Of a DNA stretch of 24,000 nt, positions 8,340 to 16,542 are shown one piece after another. The notes beneath the pieces are model-generated. The model did no database searches, was not told where the DNA came from, and was given only the letters and a program-made list of their open reading frames with translations. Position numbers and translations under genes: made by a program. The first letter of the stretch is position 1. Every line of letters starts with the position of its first letter. Source of the DNA: Enterococcus phage vB_Efs6_KEN16; sequence record PP582187.1. The stretch is one strand, 5' to 3'.

Positions 8340-8855
8340 ATAATATATGATGGACGGAGAGTAAGGAAGAGAAAAGAACCAATTATATTAAACTAGACAG
8401 GTTATCCATAGCTCTTAATCTTATCTTCCTTAAGTGCACTCACCGTTACTACTCTTTTATTATATCCTAACATAGTTAAGATGTCAACACTTTTATTAAA
8501 ATAAATTTCTATACCTCACTAATGCCAATGACTATACGTAAGGAGAGAACGTTGATGGCACTGGCTACTTAGTTGGAGCTAAGTTAGTGAGGTATAGAAA
8601 GAGAACTACATTGACCGAATCGTATTATACAGCCTTAGTAGTTGTTAACAATGTTTGGAACTTAGTAGCTTATTGCGATAAGCTACCCCGAAGCATCGGG
8701 GTGGGACTGTGGTAAGCCCCAAACCCTTGGGTATGCTCCATCCTGCCTCCGGAGAAGTCAGGCTCAATTCTCATTAGTTAAAGGTTTACTAGTTAACGGT
8801 TAGCTGATTAGTCATACTACGTAAACTACTAGTAAAATATAGTTTTCCAATTAAG
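8340..8855 (-). ncRNA. Candidate large structured noncoding RNA
   Basis: ORF-free. 17-bp perfect inverted repeat 8506-8522/8584-8600 closing a predicted three-way junction; consecutive GC-rich hairpins at 8665-8701; TTTACTAGT/ACTAGTAAA pairing near 8784-8837. Ends approximate. Confidence 0.45.
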
Positions 8856-8860
8856 GCTAA

Positions 8861-8932
8861 CAATCGGTAGAGGATTTGAACCCCTATTATTGGTTTTGGA
8901 GACCAACGTGTTACCAGTTACACTAACCGACT
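8861..8932 (-). tRNA. tRNA-Trp (CCA)
   Basis: AGTCGGT/ACCGATT, TTGGT-CTCCAAA-ACCAA, GGTTCAAATCC. Confidence 0.93.
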
Positions 8933-9184
8933 ATGTAAAGAAGGAAAGCGAAGACCTTCTTTACAGTAATTAAAAAAACAAACAAAAAAATACAATCATG
9001 GAATCAAGGTGGGATGTAAGGAGATGCCATGTGTCCACTTACAGTGGAATAGGTAACTACAGATTTGCACTGTTTTACATCTTGTTTAATGGTTACCTGT
9101 TAATAGCTAACTTCCAGTGATAAGTCCTCTTATATGTTAGTTCATGTAGTATTTGTTTGACAATATGGTAGCTAGCTAAAATGA

Positions 9185-9257
9185 CGACAGTAACGGGACT
9201 CGAACCCGTGTGTTCCACGCTGACAACGTGTTGGGACAACCTCTGCCCTATACTGCC
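9185..9257 (-). tRNA. tRNA-Asp (GTC)
   Basis: GGCAGTA/TACTGTC, loop TTGTCAG, ACGGG-TTCGAGT-CCCGT. Confidence 0.9.
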
Positions 9258-9339
9258 ATTATTTATGCCGTAGTTTTTTTAGAAAGGAAAGTTTTTTATA
9301 ATATACAACAACAGTTGAAGCGCTGATGTTACTACGGCA

Positions 9340-9965
9340 TAAACATATTTTTATGAGCTTTTAATAACTCAAAACTTAATATAATAGGGCTTTTACTCCT
9401 GCTTCATGCACACTCACTGCATTCGGTCACATACCCAGAGAGGCTGAACTATCGGGAGCTACCCAATAGCTTCTCTCTGCTTTTAATGTATGGTCTAGCA
9501 CGGTGGCTAACAACGTTCACCTAAACATTCAGCATTAAATAGTATTGTTATAAGTTTTTCTTATATCATATATTTTGTAAGCTGACTTAGGCTACTTGTA
9601 CCAAGGTCTCTTGTTAAACCCATATTTCTATGGTTCTCGTCAAAGGGAGTCTTTTGAGGTTTCTAAGGTCTGTCAAGTTTCTCACGCTTCCACCTAACTT
9701 AGATTCTTTTCCACAGGAACGTCTATTATATCCCCCAAGAGTCTTGTACCTTACAATCCATGTACACTCCACATAACGCTTAACTGATACTAGCTTTTAC
9801 TAGTAGTTACTCTTATGTCACCATAAGACATACCTGCTACCTAAAACACTATCGCACTCTAGGCTACATTCAGAATTACGCCACGTTATCCTAGCAAGCT
9901 GTTCAAACTTTCTGCACTAGGTTCTATTATATTAAGTTTTCAATTATCAAAAGCAGTTTTTCTTT
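9340..9965 (-). ncRNA. Candidate large (about 600 nt) structured noncoding RNA
   Basis: ORF-free interval directly downstream of a consensus promoter. Local helices include CTTATG-GTGA-CATAAG (GNRA-type loop), CCTAG...CTAGG, ACTAG...CTAGT and CAGAGAG...CTCTCTG. Boundaries approximate. Confidence 0.4.
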
Positions 9966-9971
9966 ACTATT

Positions 9972-10001
9972 TAATAATAGCACAACCTCTATTATTTTGT
10001 C
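9972..10001 (-). promoter_or_regulatory. Sigma70-type promoter
   Basis: Minus strand TTGACA (10001-9996), 18-bp spacer, TATTAT (9977-9972). Confidence 0.75.
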
Positions 10002-10076
10002 AACTACTTTTTTTAGAGAGGGTGCCCCTAATTTTATATAGGGGCAAGAGATATTAAACATAGCTGAGCTATGTAA

Positions 10077-10128
10077 AAGCTAATGTAGGAATTGAACCTA
10101 CTTAATGTAAGCAACACCAGTTTAGCTT
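10077..10128 (-). ncRNA. Mini tRNA-like element without anticodon arm (52 nt)
   Basis: AAGCTAA/TTAGCTT 7-bp terminal stem, possible short D-like hairpin AAC-TGGT-GTT, canonical T-arm GTAGG-TTCAATT-CCTAC. Confidence 0.5.
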
Positions 10129-10157
10129 ATAAGCATTGTCTGCAAAGTCCATGCTAT

Positions 10158-10210
10158 GCACTCAGTAGGAATCGAACCTATTGCCGAAGGTACCAAACTA
10201 CCCTGAGTGC
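10158..10210 (-). ncRNA. Mini tRNA-like element without anticodon arm (53 nt)
   Basis: GCACTCA/TGAGTGC 7-bp terminal stem, D-like arm GGTA-GTTTGG-TACC, linker TTCGGCAA, T-arm TAGG-TTCGATT-CCTA; A at discriminator position. Confidence 0.55.
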
Positions 10211-10222
10211 TCTTATAGATAT

Positions 10223-10236
10223 ATTATACCACATAA
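10223..10236 (-). promoter_or_regulatory. Extended -10 promoter motif TTATGTGGTATAAT
   Basis: Identical 14-mer to the plus-strand motif at 21227-21240; upstream of the mini tRNA-like elements. Confidence 0.6.
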
Positions 10237-10333
10237 CGAGATATTAATTTTTTTTGGTGATATAGTATATCTATATTTTTTTTAATTTTAGAAATACCTT
10301 TGATACATTCCGGTTATCCAACGTATGAGTATA

Positions 10334-10362
10334 TAATATCATGTTATTCTGATTGTGTCAAT
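10334..10362 (-). promoter_or_regulatory. Sigma70-type promoter
   Basis: Minus strand TTGACA (10362-10357), 17-bp spacer, TATTAT (10339-10334). Confidence 0.8.
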
Positions 10363-10393
10363 AACTTTTTTACATTTTTTTTTATAATTGTGT

Positions 10394-10522
10394 AATGTCC
10401 TATTTCTTTTTTTCTGATTCCTTATATTTATTATATATACTATATAGTACTATATATATATTAATTACTATTAGATATTATATATAGATAATAAGAATCT
10501 AGGAAATTTAAAATAGGACATT
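10394..10522. repeat. AT-rich inverted-repeat-bounded unit A (129 bp)
   Basis: AATGTCCTATTT at 10394-10405 and its reverse complement AAATAGGACATT at 10511-10522. Confidence 0.9.
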
Positions 10523-10572
10523 CTAATGCTGACTCAGTTACAATCAACTTATGGTGACTACCTTTTTACAAA

Positions 10573-10696
10573 AATGTCCTATTTCATTTTTTCTCTCTCC
10601 TTATATTATTATTTATAATATATAGTATTAAGTATTATATATTATTATATATATAGTATATAATATAAGAAAGACAAAAATTTAAAATAGGACATT
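10573..10696. repeat. AT-rich inverted-repeat-bounded unit B (124 bp)
   Basis: AATGTCCTATTT at 10573-10584 and AAATAGGACATT at 10685-10696; same internal layout as unit A. Confidence 0.9.
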
Positions 10697-10700
10697 TTAC

Positions 10701-10726
10701 TTAAACAAAAAAAAGAGAGCAGTTAA
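10701..10726 (-). terminator. Intrinsic terminator
   Basis: Minus strand GAGGGC-TTAACT-GCTCTC followed by TTTTTTT, downstream of the 10733-11071 ORF. Confidence 0.8.
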
Positions 10727-10732
10727 GCCCTC

Positions 10733-11071
10733 TTATCTTAATGAGAAATAGTTATTAATTGTCCCCAATCTGACTTCCTCATCTTCTGGTGTTTCATCCT
10801 CTGGTTTCGTATACAAGCTAGTGATTCTTTCTGGAACATCTACTATGTTCTCAGTAGCTGTCTGTATCTGGAATGCATTTACATAAGTTAACTCAGAATC
10901 TCTATCAGCTAGTTTATGAACTGGAATCATTGGCAACTCTGCACCTTTCATTGCACCATTTACAATTGACATTGCATCATTAGTTGTTACACCGAGTCTT
11001 CTAGGGAACACAGAATATGTCCCAGATGCTAATGAAACCTCTACAACTTTCTCTCTTTTAGGGTAATTCAT
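10733..11071 (-). CDS. Hypothetical protein
   Basis: 112-aa ORF with terminator downstream. Confidence 0.75.
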   Translation of the reverse strand: MNYPKREKVVEVSLASGTYSVFPRRLGVTTNDAMSIVNGAMKGAELPMIPVHKLADRDSELTYVNAFQIQTATENIVDVPERITSLYTKPEDETPEDEEVRLGTINNYFSLR

Positions 11072-11134
11072 GATACTTCTCCTTTCAAAATATGTTATAA
11101 TAATACTATATACTATAATAACACATTTTACAAA

Positions 11135-11479
11135 TTACTTAAACATGCTGAACACGTAAGTGACAACTGCTCCTAAGACAATCATAAAAACGTTCTCTAC
11201 AATATCCCTCTTGTGGTCGAACTCTTTATCGTTTACTCCTTCCAGTGCATCTATAGTTTCTTCCAACTTAGTAATCTGGTAGGTTAGGTGTGCATATTTT
11301 TCTTCGTGAACAGCAAGTCGCTTATCCAGACTATTGACAATATCTCTCAACTCACTAACCGCACTATTCAGTTCTACATTGTCCTGTTTAATGCCCTTCT
11401 CGGTTAGCTCTCCATGTTGGAGTTTATCTTCCAGTCGTTGTAGTCTTAAAACAAGGTCATTTACTTGGTAATCGTTCAT
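11135..11479 (-). CDS. Coiled-coil protein with C-terminal transmembrane segment
   Basis: Heptad-rich N-terminus, then VENVFMIVLGAVVTYVFSMFK; architecture resembles XhlA-type membrane proteins (inference). Confidence 0.75.
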   Translation of the reverse strand: MNDYQVNDLVLRLQRLEDKLQHGELTEKGIKQDNVELNSAVSELRDIVNSLDKRLAVHEEKYAHLTYQITKLEETIDALEGVNDKEFDHKRDIVENVFMIVLGAVVTYVFSMFK

Positions 11480-11513
11480 ATATGCTCCTCCCTGTAAGTT
11501 ATGTTGCTCTATA

Positions 11514-11774
11514 TTAGTCAGATGTAAACCACAGACAGACTAGTATACCTATAATAGCGCCTACCGTGTAGACTATAGGTATATAGTACCCATTAAAAAA
11601 CAAGTATAGACTACCTATACTAATTCCATAGAGCACGAAAGTGAACTTGTATGATGCCAAAGGGCTCAGTTCTGCTTGTAGTTTCTTATACTGTAGTGCA
11701 CGAGTGACATAGTAGGACATCAAGTAAACAAACATTTGTAGTAACAGTACACAGACCAGTGCTGTTTCATACAT
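11514..11774 (-). CDS. Membrane protein, hypothetical
   Basis: 86-aa ORF with three hydrophobic segments. Confidence 0.7.
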   Translation of the reverse strand: MYETALVCVLLLQMFVYLMSYYVTRALQYKKLQAELSPLASYKFTFVLYGISIGSLYLFFNGYYIPIVYTVGAIIGILVCLWFTSD

Positions 11775-11881
11775 TATGTTGTTCCCTCCTCTCCCTTAGA
11801 GCTACTATTAATATAGTACACTGAGCTGTTAGCAAACAGGTGTGCTAAATTAATATAGAGACTAAAAATGTAGACGGGAGA

Positions 11882-12160
11882 GTGGTAAAAATGGATAATA
11901 GCAAACGAATTATTAAAAAAATTATTTTTATTACCATCTCTGCATTAGTCATGGTTACTTTAAGTAAGCTGTTCTCTAAATATGTTATTGTAGAACAAAA
12001 TGCCCCATTTCAGGCATTAATTGGCGGTGCCTCATGTGCACTGTTATCTAGTATTCTGTTTGATTGGTATACTAATAAAAAGAAAAAAGAGAACGTAGAG
12101 AATCAACTTAAAGAAGCAATCAGTGACTTGCAGAAGATTAAAGCTATCATAAAAAGATAG
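11882..12160 (+). CDS. Membrane protein, hypothetical (likely start ATG 11891)
   Basis: Two hydrophobic segments plus charged C-terminal helix; GGGAG upstream of the ATG. Confidence 0.75.
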   Translation: MVKMDNSKRIIKKIIFITISALVMVTLSKLFSKYVIVEQNAPFQALIGGASCALLSSILFDWYTNKKKKENVENQLKEAISDLQKIKAIIKR

Positions 12161-12180
12161 CCTATTAGGAGGTGGGATGG

Positions 12181-12459
12181 GTGTCTATTACCAATAAAGA
12201 CATTAAGGATAAACGTAGATATATTTTTAGTCAATCTAGTAAAACAACAACTATAAAAAGAGGGGACAAACGCATAAGTAGTGCAACAAGAATATGTGCA
12301 GTTTGTGGAAGACCGCTATCTAAGCTCGTATTAAGAACAGGCGTACCAACAGTAGTAGTAGACCATATTAGCTGTAAGATTTCAGACATTGTTAGACTAA
12401 ATGTCTGTGAGGATATAAGGTCTTGTTATGCGTATTCTAGTAAGAAAGGGGAAAGCTAG
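12181..12459 (+). CDS. Small protein with possible Cys/His metal site
   Basis: GTG at 12181 is 8 nt after AGGAGG (12167-12172); ICAVCGRPLS...VVDHISCKIS. Confidence 0.75.
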   Translation: MSITNKDIKDKRRYIFSQSSKTTTIKRGDKRISSATRICAVCGRPLSKLVLRTGVPTVVVDHISCKISDIVRLNVCEDIRSCYAYSSKKGES

Positions 12460-12462
12460 CTA

Positions 12463-12891
12463 ATGGGTATGGCAGATAGACTTAAAGATAATGCAAAACA
12501 AAAAAAGTTAGAAAGAACACCAGAGCAACAACTAAGAGACACATTTAACCAAGCTTCAATAAAACTTATCAATCAATTTATGGCTAATGTTACATCAGGT
12601 GCTATAGAAGTTGATGATATTGCAGATTTAACAAGGCTATTTCAGATTTATTTACAGGTTAATAATATAAATGATGGAATGCAAGAAGGTACAGGAACTC
12701 TACCTGCACTTACGTCTGAGCATAAAGACATCATATCTGAAAAGGTTAGCACAGAAAAGATTATTAAGGACGGTGAAGAAGAGGAGCTAATTTCTCTTGA
12801 TGAGTTAGCCAGTCTTCCAGACGACCAACTTGAGGAAGTCTTAGTTAACAGAGAGCTACAGATGAACAGAGAGAACGAGGCGACCTTCTAA
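12463..12891 (+). CDS. Hypothetical protein, possible small terminase subunit by position
   Basis: 142-aa ORF overlapping the terL start codon (TAATG). Confidence 0.75.
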   Translation: MGMADRLKDNAKQKKLERTPEQQLRDTFNQASIKLINQFMANVTSGAIEVDDIADLTRLFQIYLQVNNINDGMQEGTGTLPALTSEHKDIISEKVSTEKIIKDGEEEELISLDELASLPDDQLEEVLVNRELQMNRENEATF

Positions 12892-13092
12892 TGACGACAA
12901 AAGCACAACATATAGCTAAAATGGCTAAAGAGATGTATGGTACAGATAAAATTACAACGGAGCAGTTAGCTTATATAACAGATATGCTGACCCCATCAAC
13001 GTACCTATTGAGAAATCACTCTGTGCGTAATCACCCAATAACTTTTATTATATCAGGAAGGGATGCAACAAAAGCACAGGCACATAGACCAT
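12891..13092 (+). CDS. terL: Terminase large subunit, exon 1
   Basis: MTTKAQHIAKMAKEMYG...ISGRDATKAQAHRP + first base of a Tyr codon; joins in frame to exon 2. Confidence 0.9.
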
Positions 13093-14420
13093 AAACCAAC
13101 AAAGCTGTGGTCTTTAAACTCTACTAAACGGGCATAGTAAAATAATATACACGTAAACAATATACTGGTAAGAGAGACTAAATCCTAGTGTATAAGGACA
13201 GGGTTGACCTACCGTGCTAAATCAGTTATACTATAACTGTAAAAGCCTAACGACTAAATTTCTAGGTAGCTAACTAAAAGGAGTTAGTGAGAACTAGATA
13301 AAAGGCAAATAAACTATGCAAGCTCAATAAAAATAATAATATACAGGAGGTGATTAAGATAGCTAAGGACAGAAAAGAAATTTTCATAGAAAAGCTCAAA
13401 AGTGTAAAAGGAACTGACTTTGAACTTATAGGTGAGTTTACAAAGCAACGAGAAAAGACTCTATTTCGTCATAACGTGTGTGGGCATGTTTGGGAAACCA
13501 CTCCGGTTGTCCTACTTAACTCAAAAAAAGGCGGAGGGTGCCCTCATTGTCAATACAGAAACAAAGCAACTTCACCAAAAGAATACGAAAAAAGAGTAAC
13601 AGACACATTTAAAGGAGAATACGTTGTACTCAATATTAATGAGTATAAAAACAATAGTACTAAACTTAAATTCTTGCATTCTAAATGTGGTACAGAATTT
13701 TATCTGCGACCAGCAAGTTTATTCATTAATGCAACTAGTTGTCCTAACTGCTCTAAAAATAACCGTTGCTCAACTAAGAGAACTACTAATGAGTTTAGAG
13801 AGTTGCTTCTTAAAACAAAAGGATATTCCTATGAGCTAACGGAAGATGCAGAGTACACCGGAGCTAACAAAAAAATTAAGGTTAGGCATACAACTTGTGG
13901 TTATGTTTGGGAGGCTAGAGCTAACCACCTGCTACAGGGTTCGGGTTGTCCTAGATGTAACGAATCAAAAGGAGAGCTATTAGTAGCTACTGTTCTTAAG
14001 CTAAGCAACACCTCTTTTTTGAGAGAGTACACCTTTGACGATTGTAGAAGTACTAGACCCTTACCTTTTGACTTTGCATTAATTAGTAATAACAAAGTGC
14101 GTGGTTTAATTGAATATGATGGAGAACAGCACACGAAACCAGTAAGTTGTTTCGGAGGGGAACAGAAGTTTAAAAGTACAGTAAGAAATGATAACACTAA
14201 GAATGATTATTGTACTCATAAAAAAATACCCTTACTCAGAGTATCATACACTAATAGTCCTGAACAGATTGAGCACCTAGTTCAGCAGTTTTTAAAAAGC
14301 ATAGATTTGTTGTAACGTAGAGCAACCTAAACCAAAAATTAGGTTGATGATATAGTCTAGTCCCCTAATAAATATCGGGAAACCGAGGGTAACCAAATGG
14401 GCAACCAAAGATAATAAATG
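13093..14420 (+). mobile_element. Group I intron 1 in terL (1328 nt)
   Basis: 5' exon ends in U, intron ends in G. P1: exon AGACCAU pairs with intron GUGGUCU (7 bp, U.G at splice site). Joined product HRPYQHRDKAIIKSRQLGLSEM. Confidence 0.92.
13359..14315 (+). CDS. Intron-encoded homing endonuclease, zinc-ribbon repeats plus Vsr-like/EDxHD-type nuclease domain
   Basis: Repeated CG..W.........CP.C units and C-terminal PFDFALISNNKVRGLIEYDGEQHTKPV...FGGEQKF. The track ORF begins at 13350, but the likely start is ATA 13359 (see findings). Confidence 0.88.
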   Translation: MAKDRKEIFIEKLKSVKGTDFELIGEFTKQREKTLFRHNVCGHVWETTPVVLLNSKKGGGCPHCQYRNKATSPKEYEKRVTDTFKGEYVVLNINEYKNNSTKLKFLHSKCGTEFYLRPASLFINATSCPNCSKNNRCSTKRTTNEFRELLLKTKGYSYELTEDAEYTGANKKIKVRHTTCGYVWEARANHLLQGSGCPRCNESKGELLVATVLKLSNTSFLREYTFDDCRSTRPLPFDFALISNNKVRGLIEYDGEQHTKPVSCFGGEQKFKSTVRNDNTKNDYCTHKKIPLLRVSYTNSPEQIEHLVQQFLKSIDLL

Positions 14421-15253
14421 ACCAACATAGAGACAAGGCAATAATTAAATCAAGACAGCTAGGACTATCAGAGATGGGTGTTGGTTCTATGCTACAGTTT
14501 GCAGACACACATAGTTATGATGCTGTTAAATGTCTTTATACATTTCCAACGAATGAACAAATGACTAAATTTGTACAGACAAGGTTAGACCCTGTTTTAC
14601 AGAATGGGTACTACAGCACAATTGTAGACCAAGAAGTTAACTCATTAAAAGCTAAAAAAATAAGAAATAGTTTTTTGTATTTTCGTTCAAGCTCAAAACC
14701 GGGCGCTGTAGAGGGTGTCGATATTGACTATCTATCTATGGACGAATATGACCGTGTACCTGCATTAGCAGAGGCTTCTGCGTTGGAATCTATGTCTTCC
14801 TCACCTTATAAGATAGTTAACAGATGGAGCACCCCAAGTGCCCCAGATATGGGGATACATGGGCTCTTTAAAGGGTCAGACCAACATTGGTATTTACATA
14901 AATGTGAGAAATGTAATTATTATAACGAAATGAGTTATGATGCATATACACCAGAGGCTCCTGTAGAGAGTAGAGGTAACATTCTTTGTGTTAACCCAAA
15001 AGGGGTCGATGTTGTTGCTAAAACAGTAGTTGACGGCTCATTCCAGTTTGTTTGTCAAAAGTGTGGAGAACCGTTAGACAGATGGTACAACGGTGTATGG
15101 GTACCTAAATACCCTGATAGAACAAAAAATGGTCTAGGTACTAGAGGATATATGATTTCCCAAATGAACGCAGTATGGGTAACTGCCGACCAGTTAAAGA
15201 CCAAAGAACTTCAATCATTATCTAAACAAGCCTTTTATAACTATACTCTGGGT
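14421..15253 (+). CDS. terL: Terminase large subunit, exon 2 (ATPase region)
   Basis: KSRQLGLSEMGVG Walker A-like motif; DIDYLSMDEYDRVPALAEASALESM Walker B-like region. Confidence 0.93.
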
Positions 15254-16542
15254 GAATAACGCCCCTTCAATTGGCAACAATTGTCGAAAACTCTGTTAAA
15301 CGGGCATAGGAAAATAACCAATATCCTGATAAGAGACCCTGCCTCCTGAAAAGGAAAGAGGGAATCCCGTGCTAAATCACTTGGTAACAAGTGTAAATGC
15401 CTAACGACTAAACTTCTAGGTAGCTAACCAAATGGGGTTAGTGAGAACTAGATAAGAACTACAAGACATTCTAAGTATGCTATTATAATTACTGAGAGGT
15501 GATTAGATGGCAAAGAAACAAACCACTGAAACATTTACAGCTCGGGTAGCTGAACTTACTAACAATGAATATACAGTTGTTGGTGAATATGTAAATAACA
15601 AAACAAAAATAGCTATAACTCACACAACGTGTAACACTACTTATCTAGTTAAACCAAAAGGTTTTTTGGATGGTAACCGATGCCCTCATTGTAGAAATAA
15701 GCTACGAGGAGCTAAGCAAAAGACACAAGAGCAGTTCGCAGAAGAGGTTGCAAACTTAACGGATAACGAGTACATCGTTGTAGGGGAGTATACAGGAGCT
15801 ACTAACAAAGTAGCAGTCCAACATAGAATATGTGGTAACTCATGGAGAGTTTCTCCGAATAGTTTTTTATCCCGAGGAACACGATGCCCTACGTGCGCAA
15901 GGAACATGACAGCACAGGAGCAGAGATACTCTACAGAGCAGTTTATCAAAAAATTAGAGGAACGCTTTCCGAAAGAATACACATTATTGTCTGAGTACAT
16001 GGGTAGCAAGAAAAAAGTTTTGGTACGTCACAACCGCTGTGGTAATGAGTGGGGAATCAAAGCAAGTCATTTGCTACACCATAATATGTGTCCTAGGTGT
16101 AAGTCATCGAGAGGTGAAGCATTGATTCGGAAGTATCTAACAAATATAGGTTTGGGATTTACAGAACAGAAAACCTTCCCTAATTTAGAACTTAAAAAAC
16201 CATTATCCTATGATTTCTATATACCTAGTAAGCAATTGCTGATTGAATATCAAGGTATACAACACTATGAACCAATAGCTCACTTCGGTGGAGCTGAACG
16301 GTTTAAACTCCAACAGGAGAGCGATGAAAGAAAACGAAAATACGCAGGTGAGCATGGGTTACTATTAGTGGAAGTACCTTACTCACTCGATACAATAGAA
16401 AAGGTATCGGCATACTTAGAAAAGGAAATAAAACTTGTAGTGTAAAGCAGAGCAACCTAAACCAAAAAAAGTAGGTTGATGATATAGTCTAGTCCGACTG
16501 CCAAGAGCAGTAACAAAATACTACGAAAGTAGCGGTAGTTCG
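15254..16542 (+). mobile_element. Group I intron 2 in terL (1289 nt)
   Basis: Interrupts YTLG|YPYADLK. Exon GGGU pairs with intron GCCC (extendable by G-C across the splice site); intron ends in G. Core regions are similar to intron 1. Confidence 0.9.
15507..16445 (+). CDS. Intron-encoded homing endonuclease, zinc-ribbon repeats plus Vsr-like/EDxHD-type nuclease domain
   Basis: MAKKQTTETFTARVAEL...; repeated CP.C units; YDFYIPSKQLLIEYQGIQHYEPIAHFGGAERF. Paralogous to the intron 1 product. Confidence 0.9.
   Translation: MAKKQTTETFTARVAELTNNEYTVVGEYVNNKTKIAITHTTCNTTYLVKPKGFLDGNRCPHCRNKLRGAKQKTQEQFAEEVANLTDNEYIVVGEYTGATNKVAVQHRICGNSWRVSPNSFLSRGTRCPTCARNMTAQEQRYSTEQFIKKLEERFPKEYTLLSEYMGSKKKVLVRHNRCGNEWGIKASHLLHHNMCPRCKSSRGEALIRKYLTNIGLGFTEQKTFPNLELKKPLSYDFYIPSKQLLIEYQGIQHYEPIAHFGGAERFKLQQESDERKRKYAGEHGLLLVEVPYSLDTIEKVSAYLEKEIKLVV

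Noticed and set aside
8506-8600. 17-bp inverted repeat considered as a rho-independent terminator or insertion-element ends
   Set aside because: No adjacent T tract, and the enclosed 61 nt folds into further helices without an ORF.
9340-9965. Structured RNA considered as tmRNA or RNase P RNA
   Set aside because: I could not find a tmRNA tag frame with tRNA-like ends, nor recognisable RNase P conserved motifs; left as an unassigned large RNA.
10394-10696. Repeat pair considered as a CRISPR array or transposon ends
   Set aside because: Only two long AT-rich palindromic units with a single 50-bp gap; no short direct-repeat/spacer periodicity, no cas genes or transposase.
12172-12180. GTG start at 12172
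   Set aside because: It overlaps the Shine-Dalgarno sequence; in-frame GTG 12181 has correct spacing.
13624-14197. ORFs 13624-13839 (+), 13901-14197 (-) and 15686-16009 (-)
   Set aside because: Alternate-frame or antisense shadows of the intron endonucleases.
14474-15259. Separate terminase-like gene starting at ATG 14474
   Set aside because: The frame extends upstream through DKAIIKSRQLGLSE to the intron end at 14420; this is terL exon 2, and its apparent stop lies in intron 2.
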